From assembly GCA_964252035.1 (NCBI GenBank), contig OZ176201.1: a stretch of DNA of 64,000 nt. One strand, written 5' to 3'. The notes below the pieces were generated by a model. It was not told the origin of the DNA. It saw only the letters and a program-made list of their open reading frames with translations, and did no database searches. The position numbers were made by a program, and so were the translations under genes. Origin of the DNA: Podarcis erhardii (Eukaryota). Positions 22,701 to 36,900 of the stretch are shown piece by piece (within the stretch, counting starts at the first letter, position 1; each line of letters opens with the position of its first letter).

Positions 22701-25700
22701 TTTGCTTGACTTACTAATTGGCACTCTATTGAGCCAGGGCTTTCCCACCTATTCTCTTAGTCTAGGTGCCCTCCTGTCTGCCTTTGGGCAGCTGTCTGGG
22801 TATGATGCTTTCTTTTAAAATGTAAAATCTGGGACTTGCCCAGCAAAAATTGCAGGGTGATTTTACAGTGATTCACATAAGTGCTCAGACACAGCTTGCA
22901 GAAGCCCTAGAGTGCAAGGAGTAAGCTGCAGTCATATAGTTACTGGACCATAAATGTGTGTAATTGCTTTTTGCAGTCTGGGGTAGAGGTGGTAGAGATT
23001 ATTTGTAATGGTTCATGAGTTTGTTTTCAGGAAGGAGTTCTCTCTGCAGTCCTCTACTGGCTTGATGGGTTAAAAGACAAATGTGACCTCCACTTGGGCC
23101 AATGCCTTTTTATTATCAGTAGAGGGCAGCACATGGCCAGCTCTTATCTGTGCTCTTGTTACACACTTCACCACATCTTACAGTACATTTTCGCTCCTGA
23201 AAAAGTGTGCATGCAAATACATGCTTCATTGGGGGGGGGGGGGTGTGTGTGAGTGAACTGAAAAGCATTAAAAAGTGTGTATTTTACACAACAGTGTGAA
23301 TTTTACACATAAAGTGCTCACAAAAATGTGTGCAAATGTGTCCAACAGACCTATGAATGCCAGTGAGGCCTAAACTGGATGGAATTAGCTGCCCTTTACT
23401 TTAACTTGACTTTGAATGGCAAGTTATTAGCCATTCTGCAAGGCAGTGGTTCCTGATTTCCATGGACCACTTGAAATTGGTTGAGGGTCTTGGATGGACC
23501 ACTTCAAGATTTTTCTATCTGTTGTAACAGTTGTAACGTGCTGTGCTAGATTCTGTCATGTCACGTGTTCATTCCCAGTAATGTTCTTACCCTTGCAATC
23601 GTCTGTACTGTAATGCTTTTGTGCTTTTGTTTGCCCGATTTCCCCTTTGTTATTTATTTCGGTTCTGGAGGTGCTCTTGAACTTGATCAGAGGGGACCGG
23701 TTGGTGGAAGGGATTCAGGTCGGAGCGAAACAATACAAATTGAAAGCTTTCGCAGATGACCTAGTTTTGACTCTGCAGGAGCCAGAATCTAGTACGAAAA
23801 GAGTATTACAACTGATACAGGATTTTGGTCGGGTGGCAGGATTTAAATTAAATAAACAGAAAACTAAAGTGTTGGGAAAAAATTTGACAGATATAGAGTC
23901 GGAACGGTTTCAGAGAGAAACAGAACTAACTATGGTTAAAAAAGTAAAATACCTAGGGGTAAACATAACAGCAAAAAACCTGAGTCTATTTAAGGATAAT
24001 TATGAAAAATGTTGGTCTGAAATTAAGAGAGACTTGGATAGTTGGACAAAATTGAAGCTTTCTTTGTTAGGCCGAATTGCTGCTATCAAGATGAATGTAT
24101 TGCCAAAAATGTTGTTTTTGTTTCAAACATTACAGATTGTGGACAAAACGGAGTGCTTCCGGAAGTGGCAGAAAGATATATCCAGATTTGTCTGGCAGGG
24201 CAAAAAGCCCAGAATTAAGTTTAAGATATTAACAGATGCGAAAGAAAGAGGGGGCTTTGCCCTGCCAGACTTAAAGTTGTACTATGAAGCCGCAGCTTTT
24301 TGCTGGCTAAAAGACTGGCTACTTCTCGAAGACACTGACGTGTTGGACTTGGAAGGTTTTAACAATGCTTTTGGTTGGCATGCATACTTATGGTATGATA
24401 AAGTTAAGATCAATAAGGCCTTTAAGAACCATATTGTCAGGAAAGCAGTGTTTAATGTCTGGACAAAATACAAAGACTTACTGGAAAATAAAACTCCAAG
24501 GTGGCTCTCACCTCTGGAGGCTAAGGCCCTAAAAAGACCCAATATGGAGGCCAAATGGCCAAAATATTGGGAAATATTAGAAAAAGATGGAGACAATTGG
24601 AAATTGCAGAGTTTAGAGAAAATGAAGGATAAGGTGCGAGACTGGTTACATTATGCTCAGATCAAAGAAGTTTTTAAAAATGATAAAAAGTTAGGGTTCC
24701 AGGTGGAGAAATCGAAGTTAGAAACTGAATTGTTAGAACCAAAGACTAAGGTATTATCTAGAATGTATAACTTGCTGTTAAAATGGAATACACAAGACGA
24801 AATGGTTAAATCGGCTATGATAAAATGGGCACAGGACATTGGGCATAACATTATGTTTGAGGACTGGGAAAGGTTGTGGACCACTGGGCTGAACTTCACC
24901 GCATGTAATGCTCTGAAGGAAAATGTAATGAAAATGATATATAGATGGTACATGACCCCAGTTAAACTTGCCAAAATATACCATTCGTCTGATAATAAAT
25001 GTTGGAAATGTAAAGAAAATGAAGGAACATTCTTTCACCTCTGGTGGACATGCCCTAAGGTGAAGGTCTTCTGGGAAATGATATATAATGAGCTGAAAAA
25101 GGTATTTAAGTATACCTTCACTAAGAAACCAGAGGCCTTCCTTCTGGGTATTGTCGGCCAGAAGGTGTTAAAGAAGGACCGAACATTCTTTATGTATGCA
25201 ACAACGGCAGCAAGGATACTCATCGCAAAAAACTGGAAAACTCAAGATCTACCCACACTGGAAGAGTGGCAGATGCAACTGATGGACTATATGCAACTGG
25301 CCGAGATGACTGGCAGAATCCGTGACCTGGGAGAAGAGAAGATGGAGGAAGACTGGGAGAAATTCAAGAAGTATCTACAAAAACATTGTAATTTGGTTGA
25401 ATGTTAAGAAGGATGCTAGATTATAAAAAATTGGCCACCACTAAATTAGATTTGAAATTTGATGATAAGTGAGACTAAAGAAAATATAAAATTTTTTGGA
25501 AGAAGTGCTAGATTATATTTGAATGTGTGGACATGAGATTGTAAACAAGTTGATAATTTGTTTGGAAAAAACTTTTAACGATGTAAATGGGAGCGGGAGA
25601 CGTGAGGGAGTCCAAAGAAGTGATGAAATTATGTCTGTGATAGAAGTAAGATTGTTTATTATTTGTGCATTTATATTTAAAAACTTTAATAAATATTTAT

Positions 25701-27856
25701 AAAAAAAAAAAGAACACACACACACATATATATATATATGCTGTCCTGGATGCTGCATGGTTTTTAATTACATTTTTATTGCTCCTTTCATTTCTTATAT
25801 ATTATATTTTACAGCATTTTGAAGAATTCAAATTGTAATACAATAGAACGCAACGTAAAAATAAAAGAAGCAGTAAAAATACAATTTAAAATCTGTCGGA
25901 ATATTTTATGTGATGGATTTGCTGCCTCCCATCCTCAGCCACAAATCGAGACACAGTGCAAATACCTGAACGAAGCTCATGGACTTCAGTTTGGGAGCCC
26001 CTGTTTTGAATAAATGTCATTCAAAACAAAACACCACGTGCCACAAATGAAGAATAGTTACCATGTTGGGGCATGTTGAATTTTTAAAGTTTCAAATTCC
26101 AAAAGTGAGGGGTGCTAAAAAAAATTGTAACATGACCTGAGGATTCAAAAGCTGTTTTCAGGAACAACTGGGCCTGTGGATGGTCTAATAACAGTTCTCC
26201 TGGTAGACTAAAAGCATTTATGACACGCTTTTGTTCACTGCATTAATAACCCACTTTTTCAAGGTGGCACACTTTGTGGTTCTTCTCTCCTCTGCTAGCA
26301 AGCTTCAAGGGGCTGCACAGAAATTTCAGCCAGTCTTTTCTCGGCCCTAGTCTTGACACAGTCGACCACACTGGCTCTGCACTCAAATGTGCGTAATAGT
26401 TTGTGATTCCCCACCCTTTGCTGCAGGCTTGGGAGGGGATCTTTCTGCTATCCCACCCCACACAGATCTTGCCAGCTAGTGTTTACATCCGTCACGCTGT
26501 AGTTTCCTCCTTGCCTCCAGAGCATGAGGGGGTTAACGGCCCTCCGGTGGCTGTGGGATCAGCACAGGAACAGGGCGTTGCTGGTTATCTCAGTCACCGC
26601 CAGGCCAGGACTGTGATGACGCCTATCCTCCAAGGCAAGGGCCGCCCATGGGCTGGGACAAGACTTGACTCATTCCAGGAAGCCACAGCCAGACAGCAAG
26701 TCAGACTCAGGTGTCTACCCAGCCAAACAGCACGTAACTGTGGAACGGAGAGAGACAGTGGTCTGCAACATCTCTCTGCTGCTGGCAGCATGGTGCTCAG
26801 GATGGAGAACGGTGAGAGTGGCGCAGGGTGGGGATCTCCCGGGCCCCCTCTTTGGGTGGTTGGGTGAGTTGTTTTTAGTGGTGGCGACCACTAAAGGCTT
26901 CATTTGTGGGGAGCCATGGTCAAGTTGGATGTTGTACAGAAGTATGCACCTTCCTCTTTCATTAAACCTTTTTAATTTGAGCTCTTTCCCAACCTGCATC
27001 TGTATTGGAATTGTTTCTAAATAAGTTTTCGTTGTTTTGTCTCTCATCGTGTGCTCCTCTGGGAGTGAGTCCGGAATATAAATTTAATAAATATATAAAC
27101 ATGGGGTGAGTTCTTCAGAACATGGCCTTCCATGTCGCAGTGATAGCTGACTAGTGTTCTGCTCAGTGCTGTTTTTCTAGAAAAAGGGGTGCCGGAACTC
27201 ACCAGGAACACCTCCCTCCTTCTCTTGGAATGGCAGTGGCCCCCACCTGAGAGGTGCTGGAGCTGAGTTCTGGCGAGTTCACCTAAAAAAAAAGCCCTGA
27301 TAATACTAGTGAGAGTTGAAGAGTGCTTTGAGCTCCTGGCTCACTAGGAGCACATCCCATGAAGATATGCTGCCCTGGGGGGTGGGGGTGGGGATTTGCA
27401 CTGGAATATGGGACAAGCAGTTACAGTAAGCAAAGCCAGGTAGGTTTACTCCTGTAGGGCCACTGCTGTGGCCTAGATATTTGAGGGTTTTTTTTGGTGA
27501 AGTGCCCTATTCCTGCTCTCAGCCAGGAGAGGCCCAGTCTCGCTGTACTTGAAAAGCAGGAGTTTCTGTTGGCAGCGCCCTGAGCGGCATGCTCCGGCAT
27601 GCGTCTCTCCCCAAATACCTCTCCTGCCCTTTTCAGTTCCGCTTCAGCCCTTGGGCACCAGGGAGGGTGCTGGGAGAAGAGCACGTGGATTTAATGAGGC
27701 AACAGGCTGCTTCCTACGCACTTAGGGCAGGGCTTCTCTACTTTCTCTGGGCACCACCTTGAGAGCAAGAGTGTTTAACCTGGCTGTCCCTGAGCCACAT
27801 GTGGATCCAGATGAGTGGGAAACGTGTTTGGAGAGAGGGTTGAACATGTTGACTAG

Positions 27857-27942
<86 letters not shown>

Positions 27943-30900
27943 CCAATCAGATACAGGTGGCCACCATTTTGTGTGTGTCTGATTGATGCACAACAGCTGA
28001 CATGTGCGCTGCTTTTGGCCCCAGAAGAGCGCGGAATGAGCTTATGCACAACCGCTGATGCACACAATGACCTGGAACACAACCCCCGCACAAATGGGGA
28101 GCTCCTTGTATTGTCAAATAATTGTCAAGTGTGTTTTTAAAAGACCTTTAACTTTGAGAATGAAATCCACCAAAGCTTTAAAAATAAACAAGTACAGCCA
28201 GGGAATATCCAGGTGAGACCTGGAGAGACTCTTGTTTGAAACCCTGGAGAAACCCAGTCACTGTAAATACTTCTAAGCTAGGTAGACCAATGTTCCTGCT
28301 TGATAGAAGGCATCTTCCTATGTCCTAATGAAGTGGTCAATTGACCAGTCAGTTATAATGTTTTCCTGGTCAACTGATGATGCTCAAACTTGGCCCTCCA
28401 GCTGTTTTGGGACTACAATTCCCATCATCCCTGACCACTGGTCCTGTATGCTAGGGATGATGGGAGTTGTAGTCCCAAAACAGCTGGAGGGCAGAGTTTG
28501 GCCTTGCCTGCCTTAGAGTGACCATGAGCACTGGGAAATAGTTTCCTTCTAATCTTGGAGCTCAACATAACTCTGAGCCCATGCAAGTCCAAAGAAGAAA
28601 TCCTTTCCCAGCGTGGGACTGAGTTTGCTCACTTGTTTCTATTGCAACGCTATCAGTGTTCTTCCAGCTTAGTCTTGTGGCTTCTCTCCTATCCCAAACT
28701 TTCTCTCTTGAGTAATTCAGTCTGGATTTTTTACATCATCAGATAAGGGCTCTTCCAGCAGAGCATGGAATTTTTTTTTAATGAAATAGAGCTTTTTTGG
28801 TTTATCAAAGGGTGGGCCACTTATTTGGTGTGGGTGTGGGGGTCTAGAAGTGCAACTTAGAGCCAAATCAATCAATCAGTCTTGGAACAGCAACATGCAT
28901 TTCCCCCTTTGCTGGCCAGCTTGCTTATGGCAAGGGGTCTCTGCCTGCGTTCTGTGCAATGTGGAGCCTCCCTCACTTCTGGCTTAGTCTTTACCTTGAC
29001 AGCTGCTCTCCATGTAGCATGGGGCTTTAGGACTCCGGTTTCCTCTTGGGGTGCATTTCCTGACCATGCACACTCTTCCCATGCTGCCTGAAACTGACGC
29101 GACCAAGAGACCGGTGTGCACTCAACGATGGGTGAAAGGCAGTGGTCCCAAACATTGCGGCAGTGTCTCTTGTATTAACATCAGCTTTTGTCTTCTCTGC
29201 AGTGAAGAGTGAGCATTGAGGATTTGCCCAATAGCCATTGGGATTTGTGGTTCTACTGAATCAAGGCACTTAGGAATGACTAGTTTTCTACATTTCATTT
29301 ACCCTTAAAACAACAACCACAATGCAAATTATAGTCCAGTAAGCAAAGGCCTTTCTTATAATCGGTCTTTTACTGGTCACAGAGTCTGTTTCACAATCTG
29401 CAGCAAAGATCCTAACTTGCACTTTCTAAGCCCCTAGCCCTTATTAAATGCTGACTTTTTGCTTTCAAGACCCATGTGCATTGGTTTCAAGACCCTTGGG
29501 CATCGGTTTAAAGAACTCTTTGCATCTGATGGCCTCTATAAGTACCTTTTTTTTGGTGAGTATGAATCCCATCAGTTCTCTTTGTTGGAGCTTTTACAGT
29601 GATGCCGCCAGCAGTTGCAGAAGTTCACCTGAAGCCTACAGATCTGGCACATTTGTTGAGCTGCAAGGTTACTTGTCCATGTGTGATTTGTGGGGATGTT
29701 TAGTGCCACCCACAATGTGAAACATCTGATAACTTTATGTGCTGCCACTGCTTTAGACTTCCCACAGAGGATGTAGTCTTCTTGCCTGAGAATATGGTGT
29801 TAGTTGCTTGTGGAGCCTTTGAGTGGGATTCATTTAATGAGCCCCATCAGCAGAAGCCCTGCACAATAACTTCTGCTTGAGCAATGGGGCTTTCCTTCCT
29901 TTCCTTCCCCCCCCCCCGCCCCCCAAAATTGGCTCAGGGAAGCAAGAAAACCCCTGGGGGGAAAGCACACAGGGGGAGTAGAAGGGGGAATCATTCCACC
30001 TGACAAGCTAAAATGCTTGCCCAGATGTTGCATGAGTGGTATTCAATGCTAGCTCTACTCAGAGTAGACCCATTACAGTTAATGGGCATGACTAACATAG
30101 GTTTGTTAATTTTAAAGGTTTTACTCTGAGTAGTTGACTTAGTTGAACATAATCCTTTATCTTTGTTAGCAAGGAGCCCAAGTGTAATGTTGGGCAAGTG
30201 TGGGCATCATGTCATGAAGCTGGTGCTGAGTAGCATCTGTGATTACAGGGAGAAGGATATAAATCCCTCTCTGCCATGATAGGATTTCTGTGGGTGGAAT
30301 CTCACAGTTGCTTACCATGAACCAGTTGCCAAAACCCTTGAAGCCAGGAGGCAAATGTGGCACATGGATTCCCTGTGGTGCCTACTATCGGTTTTTGTGT
30401 GTGCATGAGGGTGTGTGTGCAACACCCTGTTTCGGTTTTGGAACAAGTTATCCCTCCTCCTCAGAACATGCTGTGTTGCTTTTTGGTGCCAAGCACATTA
30501 TCTGCAAGGAGCCACACAGGAATTGTTAGTAAAACACCCTTGTCTTCTGTAGTCAGGGTTGCTCCTTCCTTGCGAGCAAATTTACTGTGCAACCTAAAAT
30601 GGCAGGCTGCAGAACATCCCACTGCATGGATCTGTTCCCACAAGATGTGTGTCATTTGCAGCCTTCATCTTAATGTCTGCTTAAGCCTTGCTAGGAAGTG
30701 AACCTCTCTTCAGCTTCCCAGTAACGGTACCCAGAAATGGAGCTCTCATTGAAGGAACCTGCCTTGAGGAGAACATCTGGAGCAAACACCACCTGTTGGG
30801 TGGTGCACTATAGAAAGGGCTTGTCTCCATGCCTTGTGGTGTGCAGTTCTCCCACCCTCACAAGCTCTGCTGTTGTAAGGGATAGATACTGAGTTTGGGG

Positions 30901-33900
30901 GGAAGTCCTTAATGGACTGCCTTGCCTTGCTTCTTGTGGCGAATGCCAGAGGCTAACTTGTGGCCTTAAATTAGCTTCCCCAACCTGGTGCCATCCAGAT
31001 CATTTGGACTAGAACTCCCATCAGCCTCAGCCAACATCTGAGTGGGGAAAGCTGCTGGAAATTTACAGGATAACTTGTGGGGTGCCATCTTATCCTTGCT
31101 CCCAGTCTGTGATATGAGTTTTACTGCCTTGGTTCCACTGGGTCTTATGGTGTCAAGGCAATAATTTCTTATGAGGGACCAGAGTAAGAGCAGGGAGAGA
31201 GACAAGGGTGTCAAGTCAAGCTTCCATTATCCTGCAGGCACCTGATGATGTAACAGGGAGAGTAATCCTAAGGGTTAAATTTCTTGCGCACACATGCAGG
31301 AAACTGATGGTATCTGGAATTTCTCATAGCCTCAGCCACTGCCTTTAGTACACACGAGGTCGCCTGGGATTGGACACTTGGCATTCATGAGTCCTGTTCT
31401 ATAGTTTCACTGCCTTAGGGCAGGAGAGTTCCCTTCCCTCACTTGACTTTGTGTGGATGAGGGGAGAGCATGGAATTTCTGTTGCATGTTTGTTTCCCTT
31501 ATAAACCCATCAGTGTGTGTGGTGGTTTACAGAGTACAAGAAGACAAGTCCTTTGTCTCAAGGATCCTACAATAAAAAAGAGAGAGAGAGCGAGGATACA
31601 AGAGAAGGGGAGGCAAGGGGTAAACAGGGGAAATAATGTAGAGTTGTACATTTCACTTGTTACAGGTTTAACTGCGGCACGCCCACATTAAATATGTTGA
31701 TTATGACATTCAAGTTGTGATACAATAAAATGCAATATAAGAAATAAGCGAAGCAATAGAAATGCAGTTAAAACCATACAGCATCTAGCACAGTGCATCA
31801 CAGTTGTTACAATAGGCAGAAAAATCATTGTGGTTCACTGAGACCCTTGGCAATTTCCATTTGGTTGTTGAGGGTGGAGAGTAGTGCCAGATTACCAAAT
31901 AGGCAGAGTAGGCACCAGCCTTATGAGCCCCACAACAACAGATCAAATAATATTGATTTGATCTTGAAAGAAGATTACAAAAACGTCTTGGGAGATAATT
32001 TGAGAGGGAGCCCCCAATATTTCGACTTCCTAGGGGCCTCCACAGGGTTTAATCTGGCACTTGTTAAGAGAAGTTTGGGAACCACTGCACTGCATCACAC
32101 CGACTGGTGGTGGCTCTCCAGGATTTCAGATAGCAGTCTTTTCCCAGCCTGTCGGAAGATGCCAGGCTTTGAACATGGGTCCTTCTACATGCAATGCAGT
32201 TGTTCTACCACTGAGCCTTGTCTTTTCCTTTGGTGTGCTGGTAAAAATACTGTGTTCTCTGTGATGAGCTGCAGGATACAAATGGCTTGCCATGTGGTGA
32301 GTTTAAAGGGGCAGCCACAACCCTGCTCTGTGGAATTGGCCACATGTTCCTCTTGCTTGTTTGCCATTGTTGCCTGCTGTTGTGGGCTGCCTTGTGGATC
32401 TTGCCATGCATCAGTGGAATGACAAAGTGTCATTGACAAGGACACTGGTTCTTGAAGACGCTGTCATATCTTGTTAGCTAAGTTGTATTTATGTAGCCGT
32501 GATTTGGGGAGCGGGATGAATCGAACCTTGTTTTCAAGGTTTGTGGGGAGGGATGCCCTTGTAGGCAGTGGGGGGAGAAGTGCTTGTTATGAAGAGGCGG
32601 CACAAGGAGGGTCTGTGTGTGGTTTTTAAACTTCCCGGATTAGGTTGAAGATATTTCGGATTTCAGTCCAGGGCTTCGTGGGAGAAATCAAAGGAACAAA
32701 AAAACCTTTTGGGGTTCAGAACCTGAATCTGCAACTAGGACTAGGAAAGAGGTTCAAGCAATGCCAGAAGCAGAAGAGATGGATACCTGTATGTAGGTCT
32801 GGTGTCACAACAGGGTGGAACTGATCTTGGGAACATAATCTGAATGCATTGCATCTTGGGACAGTTTGCTCTTAGGGCATTTAGGAGGAGAAGAGGTCTT
32901 TTGAGAAATTGCTCCACTGAGGTACTCCATACCCATTTGCTGGGGAGTAAGACTTACTGAACTCTGCAATACTTCTGAACACACATGCATAGGTTTGTGT
33001 TGTTGCTGTGAGTTTAGGATAATGGAGATTTAGCATCTGATAGGGAATCTTGTGCTGGGAGAGTCTGAAGGAGTGGTAGCTTAGAGGCACCAAACCAGGC
33101 CTTAGAAGAGGTGGCATAAAAGTGAGGGATGTGTCAGAAGGACCCCGGAGCTCTCATACTTTGCTTGAAGAAGCTCCTCTAGAGGAAGGATGGGGAAATG
33201 GTGACTCTCCAGATGTTGATGGACTGCAACTCCCTTTGGACCCCGCCAGTCACACATCATTGCTTCTCCACTGCTGCTCCAGAGAGTTTGGTCTGAAATG
33301 GAGGAGAAAATGGAATAGTGGAACAAATCTAATGGGACTGCCAGTGCTGAATTCTAATGGGGCTTTCTCAAAGTGGAACTCCATTACGAGTGAGTCTGTA
33401 GGGTTGGCTTTCTAGCTCACTAAGCTGCAGGAAAGTACTGAATTTGAAAACACATGGGCAAGTATCAAAGTGCATGGAAGTTATTTTCTTGCAATTAGAA
33501 TCTGAAGAGTTTAGCACAGCATTCTAAATCTTTTGGAGGCATAAACACCACCCCTGAATGCTCCGCCCCAAAATCAATTTTCCAGATGTAGTGCTGTCGT
33601 TCTCTATTTTGAAAAATGTGACTTTCAACCTTACTTTGGTGCTATGTTTCCTAGAATGAACAGAATAGGAATTAATATTTGGCAACTTTTCAAACACAGC
33701 AACTCCAGGTCAACATGTTGTTGTTTCCCATCACTAAAGATAATGCTATATTCCACCTTATCTACTGAATGAATGAGTACGCCAGTCGAAGTTATGGAAC
33801 TACGTGTCAGATTCACAAGAGGCTTCTGAAAAGATTAGCAGAAGCTATGCAAAATCGCAAGAAAATAAGCATGTGACTATAGCTAAATATAATGAAGTGG

Positions 33901-36900
33901 CCATGAAAGTGAAATTAAAAAACAAACTAAAATGCCACACAGCTGAACCCACATTTACCTGGGATGAAGGGTCTTTCCCCTTAGTTTGCAACCCCCTCTA
34001 AAAAGTCAATGCCCCCTCTGAAAATTCACCCCCCATTTCAGTCCATATCCTTGCAGACTCTCATAAGCAAGATTAGGACATTAGGGTGTGTCATTTTAGG
34101 GGGTGAAACTTAATTTCTGCAAATTTCAGTGTGGGGGGGGCATTCCTTAAAAATATGGTTTCGTGTATGAGGAATTCAAATATACTATTTTTGTGATCGG
34201 GCAACATTTAGCTTGTTAAGTCTACATTTGATGAAGAAGCACATGAACTGCTTTTGGAAAACCAAATAATTTTAATTTTACCTTATTTAAATATTAGGTA
34301 ATGCTTAATAATAATAAATTTAATATAATAGTATTATTGATATTAATATTATTACTTGGCAATCAGTTTAATGATTTCTACGCAGTTTTACATGCATTTA
34401 CTTACCAAGCAGAACTAAATTATATTAATTTAACCAAAATATGTTTTGAATTCCCAAGTCATGTTACAACTTTTTAGCATCTCCACCTGAAACTTGAAAA
34501 ATTAAACATGTCCTACTAAGACATGGGGAATTGTGAGGATTAAGAAGAAAGGGATGTTGTTGTGGAGGAACATCTTTTCCTTCAAACAGGCAGTGGATGG
34601 TGATGGTACACTGGTCCCCTTCTGGCATGGAGAAGAGCAGTTGTGCTGCTGGGCGGGCAGGGCTTTGAAAGAGAACACCTATAAAGTGTTAATGAATTAC
34701 AAAGATGTTCACAAGTACTAAGGAAACCACCTGGTATAATTAAGAATGGGAATGATAAAATGCCTGGCTGTGTAGCACATTTAACAAGTCGCTACCACAA
34801 AAGCAGATTGGATGTCTGATCAGCAGAAAACTTGCCCAAAACTTGAGAGAAGGCATCTCTCATTAAGGCAGAATGCAAGGCGAGGAAGTAATGTTGTCTG
34901 GTATAAAAACACATGCTATGAAGGATGAAGGTAGGAACAAGTAATGCAGGGGCATCCTTTAAATAGAATGAAAATTAAAGCAGATGAAGTTGACGCAACC
35001 TTAAATTTACAAAACTTAACAAGAAATAAGTTTAGCTTAAATAACCTTAATTTATAGGAAACTAAGATCAGATTTCACCCTGCCATGGGTAAAAGCTGAA
35101 TTCTCCAATATTTAAGTCTGTGGTATCAGAAACCTCTGTGTGTGTGTGTGTGTGCGCGCGCGCGCGCGTGCCTAAGATTAAACACCTATCCAGCTGTATT
35201 AAACTATGAGAGTGTGCATGTTGTGATGCAGGAGTGCTGCCCTTGTTTCTGGCATGCTTGACAATGAGAGAAAGAATGAATTGCTTCTGAGTGAGGCGCT
35301 AAGAATAACATCTGTGTGGCTGCAACTTTTGCATCTGTTTTAGGGTCCTGAGAAGACGAGAAAGGCAGTAAGGGAAAAAGATGCATCTTCCTTAGAGGCG
35401 GAACAGCATTTCCTCCTTGAGCATGTAATTCTGCTAGAAACTCATAATATCACACCCAGATATGTGTGTGTGTAACTGCTTCTGATACTCATATTTCCAT
35501 GTATTTGCTGCTTGCTCCCACTTTGTGTGCAAATGTCCTGCACACATGCCCTCCCTGTGCTGCAGCCTGGACAGGCAGGGGTTAATCCCCAGGCCTCGGC
35601 AGGTGGGCGGGGTTCCAAAGCTGTCATCCTCCATGGAAGGCAGCACGAGCAGAGGAGCTCAGCTGAGCAGAATGAGAGGAGGCCGAGACACAGCCCCTTC
35701 TCCTTGACAGGGCTGGGCTCCCCAGCACATGGGCTACTAGCGCACTGATGGTGTGTCACAGGGCTTACTTTGACAGTGGGCAGAAAAAGCTGGGCGGCAG
35801 CCTGGGGTAAGTCTCTCCCCCTCCTCTCCCTCTCTCCCCCTGTGTATTATGTTTGCAAAGGGGAATTCTCTGCTGTTTGGCCCCCCGTCTTGTGTGCTGC
35901 TTGGTCCCTCATGGTTGCATTTGGTGCCATGTGCCAGTGCCTTTTCCATGCCAAGCACCATGTGCCTGGCCTTTCTGTCATAGCCATGCCTGGTGCTGCA
36001 CTCCTTTCTGCCCCGTCCACCAGCATGCTGTGCTTCCCCTGCCTGCCTGTTTTCTGGCTCCCCAGCAGATTATTCCAGGCATGGAGGGGAGGGGAAAGGC
36101 ACTGTGTGTTGTTGCTCCTGCCTTCCTTTGGGCCCATGTTTATGCATGGACTGGATTTTCCCAAAGTGTCTGCAGGAGAGGAGGGAAGAGAGTGATTTCA
36201 CCAGGGTGGGAATGCCATGTTTCTACTCCGGGGCTGTTTAAGTCAAGGGCCCCTAACTGAAAGGTGTAGAGAAGTGGCTGATATTGGGTGGGGGTAGATG
36301 CCACCACCATCATCCTCATTATGGGCTGCCATTGCCCTGCTCCGAGAGTAGATAGGCACTAAGAAAGGGGAAAGGCTGCTTAGAGTGGTGGCTGTCAAAG
36401 GGGGGCAGTCTATGTTGGCAGCCAGCCAAGTGTGTGAATTGGTGGGTGGGCATTAAGAGCCCAAGGGGCAAAGCAGCCGGTGGACCTGGAAAAAAGAAGA
36501 AATTAGAAGCTCAAGCTTCTAATTTTTTTGGTGGGGTGAGGAGGGGAGGAAGAGGGGGAGTTGGCCCTGAAAGAGCACACAAATGAGAAGGATAGAAGTA
36601 ACCTACTAACATCATTGTCTTAATGTTAGTGTGATTCTGCTTACTGTTTCCTGTTTCGACACATCCCCCTGTATATGCTTTGGTAGGGGGTGTAGAGGAC
36701 AGCACTGTCTCTGGGAGTTGAGTAGGACTCCCATTGGGGCTGACATATAGGGCAAGGGGGTTCCTTCAAGCTAGGGTTTCCCGTTCTTGCAGACCAAAGC
36801 TCTCTTCAGACTGAGCTCAGATGCATTTGACCCACAGGTGGGGTAGAACTGCACTCTTACTTGCAACCCAGACAACAGCATTGGATGAAAGCAAAGCAGG

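Larger units (their letters stand above)
23444..26003 (-). mobile_element. hAT-type MITE (~350-bp family) interrupted by the L1
   Basis: Left part CAGTGGTTCC...gctagattctg (23444-~23556) and right part ...tttgggagcccCTG (~25740-26003) join to a reverse copy of the 46004-46355 element; TSD not recognisable. Confidence 0.6.

Noticed and set aside
31793-32422. 209-aa ORF, the longest non-L1 ORF
   Set aside because: Runs across a hAT MITE remnant and an antisense SINE; composition is not protein-like and it has no splice context.
33540-34530. AT-rich stretch that might be a transposase remnant
   Set aside because: No TIR, TSD or recognisable catalytic motif could be read by eye.
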